Positions 1-12,235 of a stretch of 64,000 bases of DNA are shown piece after piece (the first letter of the stretch is position 1; each line of letters starts with the position of its first letter). A model generated the notes under the pieces. That model was not told the DNA's origin. It searched no databases and saw only the letters and a list, made by a program, of their open reading frames with translations. Both the position numbers and the translations under genes were made by a program. Source of the stretch: Calcarisporiella thermophila CBS 279.70 (Eukaryota > Fungi > Calcarisporiellomycota); NCBI RefSeq assembly GCF_041956535.1, contig NW_027192191.1, positions 1,440,610-1,504,609 of the forward strand. Reading direction: 5' to 3'.

Positions 1-312
1 CCAGTAGAAGCATTTTTGCGAGCTAAGAAGATGGAAATGAAGCGCAAATTGAACCCGAAGCGGGTTGGAGCAACTATTGATCGAGGTAGTGCTTCTCAAT
101 GAGGATTATTGCAGGGAAATGGACTAATTTTCTCACCCCCTCCCCCCCATACTTTATCCCATGTAGAGTTGCCGGTTGGCAAAAATTGGCTTCCAAATTT
201 CGGGCGGGTGTGGAATGCTGGCTCGAGACGTGTCACTAGGTTGGAGTTTTTAGAGGAGCAGCAGCAGAAAGAGGAGCGGAACCCGGGGAAAGGAAAAGAG
301 AGAAAGTTGTGA
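1..312 (+). CDS. CCDC84: 3' end of CENATAC/CCDC84 homolog (minor-spliceosome factor; plant TITAN-LIKE family), truncated by window start
   Basis: Exon 1-85 (…KRKLNPKRVGATIDR), GT-AG intron 86-166, exon 167-312 (ELPVGKNWLPNFGRVWNAGSRRVTRLEF…). The KLxPxRVGA and WLP[NS]FGRVWxxG motifs match the CCDC84 C-terminal motifs as I recall them. Confidence 0.8.
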
Positions 313-720
313 TATGGCGGATACCCTTTGCGGGACATACTCTTTTTGGGGACTGAGAATCGTGGCCCGTTTTCTAATTTATTGGTGATACCGAGGGTAG
401 TTGAAAGACGGCAGATTTATTGTTCTGTTTATAAAACACTGAACAACTGTGTGGAGAGACATTTCTAATCAAATGTTGTATGAAATCGGATAAAGAAATA
501 GTGTTGAATAAAAATAGAGATTGATGCATATCCTATATACATAATCCAATCAAAAGAGGCAAACAAAATCACAAAAAAAAACTCAACTTTATGAGTTGAT
601 GATAGATAGAAATATATATTTATATACCAAGAAATAGAGCAAACAAAATTGGATTTACGCAGAGAGCAAAAACGTCCATTACTGGCTTACTTCGTGGGAA
701 AGAGTGCGGAAGAATGTAAT

Positions 721-1437
721 TTACACGATGCCGCCCATAGATATTGCGATGAGTATCTGTGCGGCCTCCATGACCTTCTGGCCCGTGAAGCAGTGCTCGC
801 GGTGTGATTCGACCTCGCCCTTTCTGACGACTACACCACACTCAACGCATGCCTCTCCTCTAGGGAACACTTCACCCATCGCCGGCGTAGCTGGCTTATA
901 ATCGATTGGAGAAAAGCCGACTGTATTGGAGTGTGACGAAGCGGGAGAAGGTTGAACGGTATTGGCAGTGGAAGAGGCGGAGGAGGAGGACGCCGACGAC
1001 GAGGAGCGCTTACCCCTCCCTCCTTTGCGCTTAGGCTCCTCGCCAGGAGCACGCTTGATACGTTTTGCCACCCGCCCATCCTCTACGCCGATGTTGTTCG
1101 ACGGCGACGACGACAACGGCTGGATCCTAAATATATTGGTGAGTCCCCGCAATCCAGTTGAAACAGGTTGCCGGGCATGCTGAGAGCTTATCGGTGGGGA
1201 TGAATGGAGGGCGGGCTGCTGGGGCTGCTGTTTTTGCTCGTGCGGGAGGGGAAGCGGAGACGGGTAATGTGATGATGGAGGCGCAAATAGCGGAGGGGGC
1301 GGGAGCACGATTAGCGGCTTTGGGGTGCTCTCTGGGGCAGGCTGCTGGTGGAATATGGGTCGGAGGGTTTGAGGAGGCGACAGGGGGCGAAGGTATGGGT
1401 CATGCATCTGATGGAGGGCGAGATTGGTGTTGGTCAT
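721..1437 (-). CDS. Pro/Ser-rich putative nuclear protein with C-terminal C2HC zinc-finger-like motif
   Basis: ORF from ATG at 1437 (MTNTNLALH…). Contains a basic NLS-like stretch RVAKRIKR…KRKGGRGKR, CVEC-x11-H-x3-C, and terminal MEAAQILIAIS. Confidence 0.55.
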   Translation of the reverse strand: MTNTNLALHQMHDPYLRPLSPPQTLRPIFHQQPAPESTPKPLIVLPPPPLFAPPSSHYPSPLPLPHEQKQQPQQPALHSSPPISSQHARQPVSTGLRGLTNIFRIQPLSSSPSNNIGVEDGRVAKRIKRAPGEEPKRKGGRGKRSSSSASSSSASSTANTVQPSPASSHSNTVGFSPIDYKPATPAMGEVFPRGEACVECGVVVRKGEVESHREHCFTGQKVMEAAQILIAISMGGIV

Positions 1438-1843
1438 ATCCGAGGGAAGGTTGTGAGGGAATAATCTGGCGAGCGATGGGATGATTATGGGAGATGAGCG
1501 GTTGGAATTGAATGGTAATTTTCTCCTTTGCTGACTGGAATAGGCAAAAATAACAAGCGCTGACAATGACAAGTAGAGTTCAGGAGAAAAAGGAAAAATA
1601 TGGATGTTCGGACTTCCGTTACGAAACCAAGCAATTTTATTGGCACTCCCTCCGCTAGGTGACACAAAATAATAACAATAAAAATAATAATATCAAAAAC
1701 TGAAAGATAAAGAGGCGTGTAAGAAAGAAAGAAAAGGCTCGTTTTTGACGACGACATTAAAAAAACGTTAAAAAAGAAAAAAAAAGAAAAAAAAGAAAAA
1801 AAATGGAATCCACAGACTCCCGGTGCTGGCCAGCACGGAGAGT

Positions 1844-4800
1844 CTACTGGAAAGCGTCCTCTCGGTCGGCCTCGTTCACGTCCTCGCCAATATCCACAAA
1901 GTTGAGGAAGTGGGAAGGCCGGTGGACCTCGTGGTAGAACTCCTTCGGCAAATCGATGACAAGCCCGTAGCGCATGTCTGCGCGATGGGATGGCCCCATG
2001 AACGAGTAATTCCATATGCCAGTGTCCGGGACGAGGTAGGCGCCCATGAAGCGATCGGACAGCAGCAGCTGAACGCGCTCGTACATCGAGGGAGAGTAGC
2101 CCGCAGGATTGGCCCCCGTGTCTTTATTCTTTCGGCCCCATTCAAACCCAGCAGGGGTCAACTTGTATGCCGTGAGCGAACACGATCCGGGCGTGAAGGC
2201 ACATGTAATCACCACCGTCTTCTCCCCGTCCCACGATTTATTCTCCGCCATGATCTTTGCGTGCGTGGTCACATCGATCGGGGAGAGCTGCGGCAGCTCG
2301 TTGGGCTGGGTGTGGACCCAGCCAAGCGGCTCCATGTCCTTGAGGTAGTCATGGTCGGGCAGAAGGTCGGGCAGATGCACCTGCTGGTGCGTGCCCCACT
2401 GTGGAACCATCACGATGGCGCGGATCTCCTTCACCTGCGCATTGTCGGGGGGCGAGACGCCGTAGAGATATCCTGCGATCTGGGTCCGAAGATCGGCGAT
2501 GGTGATGAACCGCTTGAGAATGTTCTTGGGCAACACGTAGGTGTAGCCGGTCTCTCGGATGTCATCCGCGTTCACGTAGATATGGTTGGTGCGCAGGTGA
2601 AGATTGGTCGAGGAGATGGCACGCACACGCCATTCCGTCTTGGACGAGAACGTTTGGGTCTCGTAGTTGCTGGTCGTGGTGACAATGATCTCGTCGCCGT
2701 GCACGTTGTGCGTCTTGGTGGTGACGGCCGTGAGCTGGGACTGCTCGCGCGTCTGCTTCTCGATCTCGGCGATCTGCTGGCGCTGTAGCGACGGCGCCGA
2801 GATCTCCATACCCAAGATAATGTCACGGATCTCGGACTGGGTGAGCGAGGCGGTGTTGACGTTGTTTTTCTTGCCGTAGTCGCCGAGGATCAAATCCTTC
2901 AACGACACCTCGACCTTGATCCATTCCTCGTCCGTCAGCGTCGGCCAGATGTGGTGCGGCTCCGTGATGGTGCTACGGTCGGGGCGCAGGATCATCTTCG
3001 CCTTGTCGTTGTTGACGTGCAACGCCCTGAGGATGAGGATCAGACGCGAGAACGCGGTGAAGGACGAGATCGTCTTAAGCCAGTCGTCGTACAGATTGTA
3101 CAGGACCATCTGGGGCTCAGTCGCCTTCAGGATCTGATCACCAAGCTTCTCGACCTTGAGACAGGCTTGGAACGGAAGCTGGAGCTCGGAGCCCTTGATC
3201 ACAATGTTGGGGAAGTCCAAGCAGTGGACCTCCAGCGGGTCAAGCATACCCTTGCGCGTCACAATAAGTTGCTTGGGCTGCTCTTCGACCGGGAGCGACC
3301 GAATCAGCGCCGCCACTTCTTCCGCCGTCTTCCACTTGGCGAGCTGCCCGAGACGCTTCTGACCGGCCCACACGGACGTGTGGATAATCTTGAGGAAGAG
3401 CTGGCCCGTGCGAGGGTTGAAGACGAAGATAGCACCGTTGATAGGCTTGGTGGTCAAATTGCCCTCGAAGGTCTTGTGGATGGTGACACGGTACACGTTA
3501 GTGTCATCGATGAACCAAATGACCTGGTTGCTGAAGAGCTCGTTGTAGTTGGTCGAGTTCAGGTAGGGCTCGGTGGGCTCGGAGGAGTACAGCTGCAAGG
3601 CCTTGCGAATACGCTCACGCAACACATAGAGGGCAGGGTCCGACTTCATGATCTTAGCCATGGCTTGTTGCACCAGTGGCTTCATGCCCGGGACCCAGTT
3701 GCCGTACGAAGACCATAGGTTGTACGCGAGATCGATGCCGATCATGAGACCGGTGGGGGACGGGTAGATGGACATGTTGTCGGTGGTGTAGTCGAGGAAT
3801 TTGGCACGGGTGTAGCGCTCGATATCGTGGGAGTCGTAGTCACCCCAACGAAGCTGAACATCCACCCAAAGCTTATTGGCGCTATTTCCAGGCTCAAACT
3901 GGTCACGCGTATCGCTCACAAGCGAGGGCCGCGACACGGGCCACTTATACGCTGCGAAGAGCACGATGTCAGCGCACGAGCTGTTCATCTTATAGGACTT
4001 ACGCGGGTGGATGGCCTCCTTCTGCACCGTCTCGATCTGCAACGCCTCCAGCTCCTGGTCGAACACTTGGCACAAATCCATCACGACGGATTCGTGGATC
4101 TTTTGCCACAAATGGGCACGGAAGATCTGGATGAGCGAGATCTTCAGGGTGGGGATTTTGCCGTGCATGAAGATACCGGTCAAGTCGAGCTGGACCTGGA
4201 AACCGACATAGACGTTGGCACGGTTAATCGTGGGCGACCACCAAAGGGTGAAGCGACGGTTTGGAATTTGGTTAAGACCGCTGCGCTGCGCATTGGTCAA
4301 CTTCTTGTACTTCATCGACTCCTCGAAACCGGACGACTTCTCCCAGAACAAACCCTCCCAAGTGGAGTGATAGGTGCCCTTGAAGAGGGTGTGCTCCAAG
4401 ATACCCTCTACACCCCCAAGGGCCTGGATCATGTCGGTGCGATAATTGTTCAGGGACCAAAGCTTACCATCATGGCGCTGCGACGTCCACCAGAACGGAT
4501 TGTTCTTGAGGATCTGATACTGTTTGAACTCGGTTCGCACACGCCATCCCTTATCGTAGGCAAGGGTATGCCGGTCCTTGACAAAGAGGGTGTTGATACG
4601 TGGAATACCACGGTCCCACGAATCCTCCAGATCCTCCAATGTCAGACGGCGATTCTGAGCGTTGGCCTCCTGCCTCTTGAGGGCGTACTCGGCCCACACT
4701 CGTTGCGAGTCGATGAATTCCGATTCCCACGGCTGGATATAGCGGAATAAGTTCGGGATCACTTGGTCCTCCTCATGACTCATACCGGACCGGAAGTGGG

Positions 4801-7800
4801 TGATGCCAACATCTGTTTGCTTCGACCAGCGCAGATCCGACTGGGGAATAAGGATGTGGCCCATCGAGAGCATGCCAAGACCGCCCAGCTCTTTGGGCGA
4901 GTAGAACACGACCGGAGGGAAACGCGACGGCATCTTCGAGTTGAGCCCGATCTTGATACGGGTCTGAATCTTGTTTTCACACTTGACGAGCAGGTCGAGG
5001 AGTTCCCGCGTGTGTACCACAGCCTCACGGAAGTAGGTCATAAGGCCGATGAGCGCATTGTTCCACTTGGACGCAACCTTGGTAAAGGTCGTGGAGCCGG
5101 ACGACATGAGAATCTGCCGAATGCGATTGTGGAACCGCTGCATCGACTCTTCGTCAACGCGGAGGAATGCTTGCGCGGTGCGCTCCTTAGTCTGCTCGTT
5201 GATCAGGGACCAGACACTATCACGCAGCGTGAACTGCTGGTTGAGTGTACGGATCTTTGGCAGAATGCGCACTTCGAATCCGGCCATGGAAAAGAGCAAG
5301 TTTGGATTATCTTTGCTATATACGCTCACAAAGCTTTCCTCCCACTCGATGGTAGTGAGGGACCGCGGGAGGCGGTTCTTGATCTCCCAGAAGGTTGCTC
5401 TGCCCAAGTTCACATCGCGCTTGAATAACCGCATGCGACAGTCTCGCGGCCAACAACGCTTGTTCGGATAGCCGACGATATTCTCGAAGTTGGGGTCGGG
5501 ATTCTCAGTAAGGAAGCGTTGGATAAGGTCCCGAGCCTCATCAGCATTGAAGCGGAAGAAGATGTATATCTTGTCGATGTAGCGCATGTAGAGTCGGATT
5601 GGGTGACCGACTTCCGTGACCACATTGCGATACTGCAAGAAGTCGTTGGGCATGTTGGGAGGACCGGCCATTTCACTTGCGCGCTTCAGACCAAGCACAA
5701 GCAGGTCGAGCACTAGACCGTAATATTGCACGATAAAGCTCGCGAATTGCAACCCGCGGATCAATCCGTAGGCATTGGTGTGGTTGCAGTCTTTGTAGGT
5801 GAGAACTACGTTGTTTTTCGCGGTCATGTAGTCGGCGATGTTGTGGTCGACGATCAATCGCAAAAGGCGATTGAGCAGCGTCAGGTCAATCTTTTCGTAG
5901 AGGTGGCTGAACGTGCTCTGCAGCATGACATTGCACTGATCCTCGGAAATTTCCCACACGTCTGTGAGGTTGTTGATTCCTTGGCACCACTTATACACGA
6001 GCAATGGCGGTGGCTCCGAATCGCTGGGTTTAATCCATGCGGGCCAAAGGTGGCGCTTGTCGGCTTCATACCACAGGTATTGATCGAGGTATGCGTCCGT
6101 GATTTTTTCCAGAGGCTCGATGTCGTAGACCGGAATAAGATGGCTGTACAGGTCCATAAATTCGATGCCGACCTCCTTGAAGGCGCGACTCGTTAAGAGG
6201 AGACGCTTAATTCGTGACAAACACTCGTGTGGACTGTCGTAGGCCTGTTCGATCAAGCCCAGCTCTTCACGCTGACTTTGGTTGAGACGCCCCTTGACGC
6301 TATACGCTTCACGCAGTCTCTCCAAGGCCAGGATCAACAGCTTCGTGTCATGCTTGTAGTTGAGGGGAGGGAACTGGATTGGAGAGAACTTTCGGCTCTC
6401 GAGCCAGTGCACGGTGGTGGTGTAAATAGCCACCGCCTCCTCTGTGGTGATGTAGGGACCGTCCTTGAGGTAGTTGTGCTGGCGTTCCTGTTCCGCCTTG
6501 AGCCACAAACGAGTCAGTCGTCCCAAATTCTTCTTCGCGACCGTCTTATCCACGGTGGCGCCGCGACGAATACGCTCCCGATTGTAGTGGGCAACGCTGG
6601 TCCACCAGTCCGCCTTTGACTTGACGTAGCGCAGGATCAAATTTTCAATTGGGGCCGGCATTCCGGGCACTCTCCACGGGATATTGGCCTTCCAGCATCG
6701 CCATGCTTCCGACAAGTGCTGCAGAATAGTCTTGCTCTTGTTCTGCTTGACTCCGGGCGGCATCATGTCCAAGATGTCGTGCATCACGGCGGCACGCAAC
6801 TCTAGATCGTAGTGGGACTCCACACGTTGCTTGGTGACGGTCTTCGCAATCCCCTTAGAATTACGGCCCTCGAAGTGCCGAGCAAGCAGGTTGCCAAGCC
6901 ATCGCTCAAGCAATGGCACAATACCTCGCATGAAGAAAAGCCAAACACGCCAGCCAGGGGCCCAGAACCCAACACCAGGGCCTTTGCCGACGGGGCCGGT
7001 ATTGAAGCGGTAGTAGATCAAATGCTTCAAATCTTTGGTCATGCGAATTTGTTTCATCAGCTTGTACTTGTACCGGTACATCCCAGTCAGCTGACCCACG
7101 TGAGCAAAGATGTATTGTAGACCGTCCGCCAGCTGGAACGCGTCCACATTTCCCAAACGATACTGTACATGCGAGTCCACAATCAACTTGGTGAGACGCA
7201 AGATTTCACGGCACAGATGCATACTGTTTCCGAATCGCGACTTCTTACGCTCTTTTGTCGTCAGTGTTTTGACCGGTTTCAAGTTGAAGTTGTAGTCGAG
7301 ATGAAGGTAGTTGAGGTTCTTGCGGTGAATCAGCAAATTAAGCATATTGTATCCCTGCCGACACACCTGTAGACCGGCCTCAACCCAATCTAACTGGGTG
7401 GTTTGGAAGAATTTTGTCGCTTTAAGTTGGCGGAAAAGATATTTTTTGTTGAGTGCGCGCGGCGGCCTGTGCTTAAGCGCGTTGTGTACGTAATTTTTGA
7501 GTAACTACATCACAATAAGAGGGCTGTCAGTGAGCAGGACTCTTGCAGAATATATTTTTCTATCAAATGTAAATTACCTTTTGGTAGGAGACTCGCACTT
7601 TTACCGGTTGTCCCGGAGGACAATGTTCCAAGTACCAGTTTTTCACCAGCGGTACATCTTGTGCACGGCGGGTGCGGCCGCTACGCTTGTTGAATGGATG
7701 AGGGGCCCAGTAGATTGCAATTGCATTGGCGGTGTTTTCGGTTGAAAGGGGAGTCTCCTCCAGGAAAGGAGCTACCTCCTCGGGCAATTTGAACTCCTCG

Positions 7801-9096
7801 TCCTCCATCTCGTCGCCGAAAATCTCTTGCAGGTGTGCATCCGAGGCCTCATGGGACTCGATACCCCGTAGTGAAACCGGGTTAATGATTGGATCATAAT
7901 AGAATGCAGGCAAGTCCGGGTCTTCCGCACGCACATATACTACAGTTGGATAATGATACCACGACAAGTGTACTGATCGCGGCAATGAATTGTACAAAAA
8001 TGGGAATGCAATACGGTATTCAGTGCGAATCGGCTGGCGAACAATGATCCGTCGGATATCATTGAACTCGTTCCAGTCTTCATCGGCCTGGTCAAGATCA
8101 CGATAAAGGGGTTCAAACTTGGGACCACCAGGGATAGCCATGTTCAACGCCTTGGCCGTAAAGAAGGACGGCAAGTCGAACAGGTAGAAATAGTTGCGGT
8201 CGGTTAAATCCGAGAGCAACTGGTGTGCCAGCCGATAAAGAGTGGACATGATAGGAAGATCCAGTTTCCACTTTCGATAGCTAGGCCCATTGACAAATTT
8301 TGTGTCGATCAACGGCTTATGCTCATAGAACCATTCGTACACCGCCTTATCTTCTTCTTCATCAAGGTCAAGTTGGATGGGCTCGAGAGGTTCCACGCCA
8401 AGGATGTTGTCACCATAATCGAGTGGAGGCTCTTCGTCATCGAATGGTGGGAAGCGCATGCGCTTGAAATGGCGACGATCACGCTTTTCTCGGCGCATCA
8501 TGATCCACATAGTACCCCATTGAGCAATGTATATTGGCTCGATTACCCATGGAATCTCATTTACAAATGTAATAGCACCGGTAATGTGGTAAAGGATGGG
8601 GACATAACGGATCTAGAAATGATTCTAAATGAGTACGCAGTTTAATATGAAACATCGCGAAAAATTTTGAAAGTACCTGTTCCCAAGGCATAGGCATATT
8701 CTCCAACAGCTTTAATACGGCATGAGGCACGTATTTTAGCGCACCCAAGTAGATTCGCTTGTCCTGGCGGAACTTGCGACTGGACATATCACCATGATCT
8801 TTGATGATCTTGCGAACATGTTCAGGAGGCATATCTACTTTCTCGTGCTCCATAACACCTATAAAGGAGAGATCAGTCGATTAGCCATTGATCATGTTTA
8901 AAAAGGGTGGGATGAAATTGAGATAAAATAAAAATCATGAAATGGATATATTACCGAATCGCTTTTTCATCCCATAACGTTTTGATTGCATTTGCTGCCA
9001 TTTTTTTGCTTTTTCCTGAAGCTGCTCTTTTGATAGCTCATAATCATGTAACGCATAACCCCCCTCCTGATATTGGGGATCCTGCGACTGATCCAT
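1844..9096 (-). CDS. PRP8: Pre-mRNA splicing factor Prp8 (U5 snRNP), 4 exons, no intein
   Basis: Highly conserved Prp8 sequence through to the C-terminal JAB/MPN domain (GWVHTQPNE). Exons 9096-8955, 8858-8677, 8612-7578, 7504-1844 joined in frame by GT-AG introns. Confidence 0.99.
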
Positions 9097-9319
9097 CGTG
9101 GTTTGTTTGTCGAAGAAAACAAGCAAACTGATTTCTTCAGCGAGGTGTAGAAGCAGAAATTGAATGCGTCGTTTTTTATTTGCGATGAGGCGCAGCCATT
9201 TGCAACCTTGTTCTAATTCAAACGTCTTTAAGGACAATCCACACATTTAATCCTCTTAAGTGTATTTTCAAACAACAACTCTGTCAAAAATATGAAAATA
9301 AAATCAACGAAAAATTACA

Positions 9320-10722
9320 TTATCTCTCCAAAGAAGAGCGAGTGATGATGGTTGGAGCCGGGGGCGGAGGGTACTATTAAAATGGCAAGATATCAATGGA
9401 GCAGACTAGTTAGTAGGATATGGAGAAATAAACCCACCTTACGACCAGGTTGGTTGAAATGAACAGCTGACCACGGAGGAAAATCTCGTTCAAGTTGTAT
9501 TATCTTGTCTTCCAATGCTTTAATTCTCTCAGGGATAGTGAAGTGCTGTCCCCTTGCTAAAATTCGCCCAAAACATATGTATCAATTAATAATTAGAGAA
9601 AAGCACGCGCTCAAGGCAGTTGAAAGTTACCAAATCGTATGTTTAAGTGCTCCTCAATATTTCGAAGTCGCTCGTCAACCCCAGATTTGCTCTCTCCTAC
9701 AGAGCTTGCTTGAGTGCCTACATACTGGTCCGACGAGACATGGGACCTCGCTAAGGGACCATCTTCGTTGTGCACGACGTCCAATTTCATTTGAATATTA
9801 CGGTTGATTTCCTGAGCATCGGTTCGAGCACATGTTACAGTTTCTATTTTAAAAATAAATCACCACTTGTGAAAAAAAAAACACTAAAGCGCGAAATACC
9901 GTTTGCTGTGGCAGAAGAACGACGTAAGAACTCGGTACGATTGCTTTCGTTAATCCTTTCGCGCTTCTTCTGAATATAGGATTCTATGTGCTTATATATC
10001 TGTATTCGGTGATTAGAATGATGAACAAAAATACTCATCAGATCAGTATACCTCTGAATTTGTTGCTCGGACTTGTACTTGTTCAGGATCTAATTGAAGC
10101 ACCTTTTTTTTGGCCTCCAGAGCATCGTCATCTTCCATATTAATTATGAATAAGAACAAAGGCTGAAGTGAGTAATACATTCAACATCCACCTACCTTGA
10201 AGATTTGCGAAGCTTCGCTTGCGTGGCTCACTCCCACTATTTTCAATTGCTTCACTCGTTTCTATACGATGCCAATTCTGAAATATTAATATTACAAATT
10301 CCATCGTTATTAGGAATTCAGATTAATGAAACCGAATTAATTGCACAAACTATGAGATTCTCGGCCAGTTCTAGCACAAACTCAGGCGCCTTCTTGCGTT
10401 GTTGTCTCGAGAACAAAAGCATTTCTATCTGTAGACACCGACTGGTCTCCTGCAATTTCATCTAAAGAACAGAAATGGAATAATTTTAACGGAAACATTG
10501 AATTATCATATTAAGCCAGCAAGATAATACTTTTCCAAGAAACTCCAGCAAAGCCTTGCTCCAATCCATCACGGGTTCTGTAGTGTCTTTTCGATCATCA
10601 TTGGGCCGTAAAGTATTATTGGATTCGTGCTCATCGGTGGCATTCTCTGTAGGGGTTGTCTCGGATAAAGCTTGTGGTAGAGGATTTTCTTCAAGCTGGC
10701 TCTTTGGACTCTCCCCTGTCAT
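9320..10722 (-). CDS. MBIP: MBIP (MAP3K12-binding inhibitory protein / ATAC subunit) homolog, ~8 short exons; 5' exon joins uncertain
   Basis: Hand-spliced exons give LDPEQVQVRATNSE|IYKHIESYIQKKRERINESNRTEF…|ETVTCARTDA…GVDERLRNIEEHLNIRF|…IPERIKALEDKIIQLERDFPPW…|YPPPPAPTIITRSSLER*. These are collinear with human MBIP motifs as recalled (DPEVVQIKA…EIN, SCARTDA, VEERLQNIEAHL, RIKKLEDKILELE). Confidence 0.8.
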
Positions 10723-10885
10723 GTTTTATGAGCTATGGAAATACAACGTTTGTAATTTAAATGAAATTCTACCCTTTTGCCACAATAAGTAAATTATGCT
10801 GCGCACAACAAGTCATAAATATTTGTTTTTATAATTTATTAGGCTTGCTTTTCATATTCTTAATATTCGCTATTAAAATTCACCC

Positions 10886-11946
10886 ATGCCACTGATAAAA
10901 TCCACCGAGCACAAACCTGTGCATACCGATTCTGAAGAATCTTTCCACTCTGCCCAGAGTGCCACCTATGGGTCCACTCCAGATATATCTGATATTGAAG
11001 AGGACAAAAAAAACATCAGGCCGGAGGAGGACAGCGAGACAGAGGAGAGACACGAGGAAGATGCAGACTCAGAGGATGACGAGGATGCTGAAGATCTATT
11101 AAAGAAAGCGGAAGAAGCGCTGGCCAAACGACAAGAAGAAATGATGCGACTTGAGGATGAAACAGAAGAGCAAGATCGGTATGCACAAACATTATTATGT
11201 TGCTAAAGATTTTAACTAGTTACCAATATTGTGATTCTTTTAGACAAATTCCGAAACTTGAATCCGGAATTGACCTCAATACCAATCTTTACATTAAGCG
11301 TGGCGGTAAAGTCGGCGTTGCTAGGCTTGAGACAGGAATCATGATCAAAGAAAAGGCTGAGGGTAGTATCGCTTCAATGAATACTCTTAAAAGGCTTGAG
11401 AAATCCAATGGCGAGCAACGGCCCTCAAATAAGGATATGAAAGAGGTGCGTAGGCACATTGATGCTGGGTGGACATTGGAGTTTAACTTGCTTGATAAAA
11501 TAGGAACGTGGGAAGACATCAGGCTCCAGCTGGTTCGACATGCCCAAACCAGACCTCACTCCAGAATTGAAACGAGATCTCCAGGTTCTTAAACTAAGAA
11601 ACGTCATCGATCCGAAACGACATTATAAAAAAGAAGATACCAAGACAATCCCCAAATACTTCCAGGTAAACCTCTGGCCTCCACCCTCTGAGACCACTCA
11701 TTTTCTCAATCCTTGTTTCTCTAGGTTGGGACCATTGTTGAAGGGCCGACGGAGTTTTATTCATCGCGTATGACACGCAAGGAACGTAAGCGCACCATTG
11801 TTGATGAAGTAATGGGTGATGGTGAGATGCGAAAATATTACAAACGCAAGTTCCTGGAAGTGCAAGAGACCAAGCAATCAGGGGGGAAAAAGGACAAGAG
11901 AAAAGCGGAGAAGCAAAAGAAAGCAGCCTGGAAGACGGCATACTGA
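10886..11946 (+). CDS. FCF2: rRNA-processing protein Fcf2 (DNTTIP2 C-terminal domain)
   Basis: Acidic N-terminus, then WFDMPKPDLTPELKRDLQVLKLRNVIDPKRHYKK…PKYFQ|VGTIVEGPTEFYSSRMTRKERK. Three introns. Confidence 0.92.
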
Positions 11947-12235
11947 ATCTCTTACTTCATTGTGTTTAATACTGACTACACACCCTTTGTACAGCCTATT
12001 TACCAGTTTCTTATATCATGTATTGTTCTTTTTATGATAATAGAATAAGCTTATATAAAAATTTAAATATCTTGGTGCAAATAATAAGCCAATCAGCAGG
12101 AGCAGAATATAAAAAATACATTATTAAACAAGAAGACGTGCAATGGGTCAGATACGCCAAGTTCAAAAAATATACAAGAAGCAGACTGCACCCAGTAAAA
12201 GAGAAATGAGAGGAGGGTATCATCAACCGAGCATT

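Noticed and set aside
1823-7372. Many long + strand ORFs antisense to PRP8 (also antisense to Lon, the SSF gene and the MFS gene)
   Set aside because: Shadow ORFs from GC-rich codon bias; no recognisable motifs.
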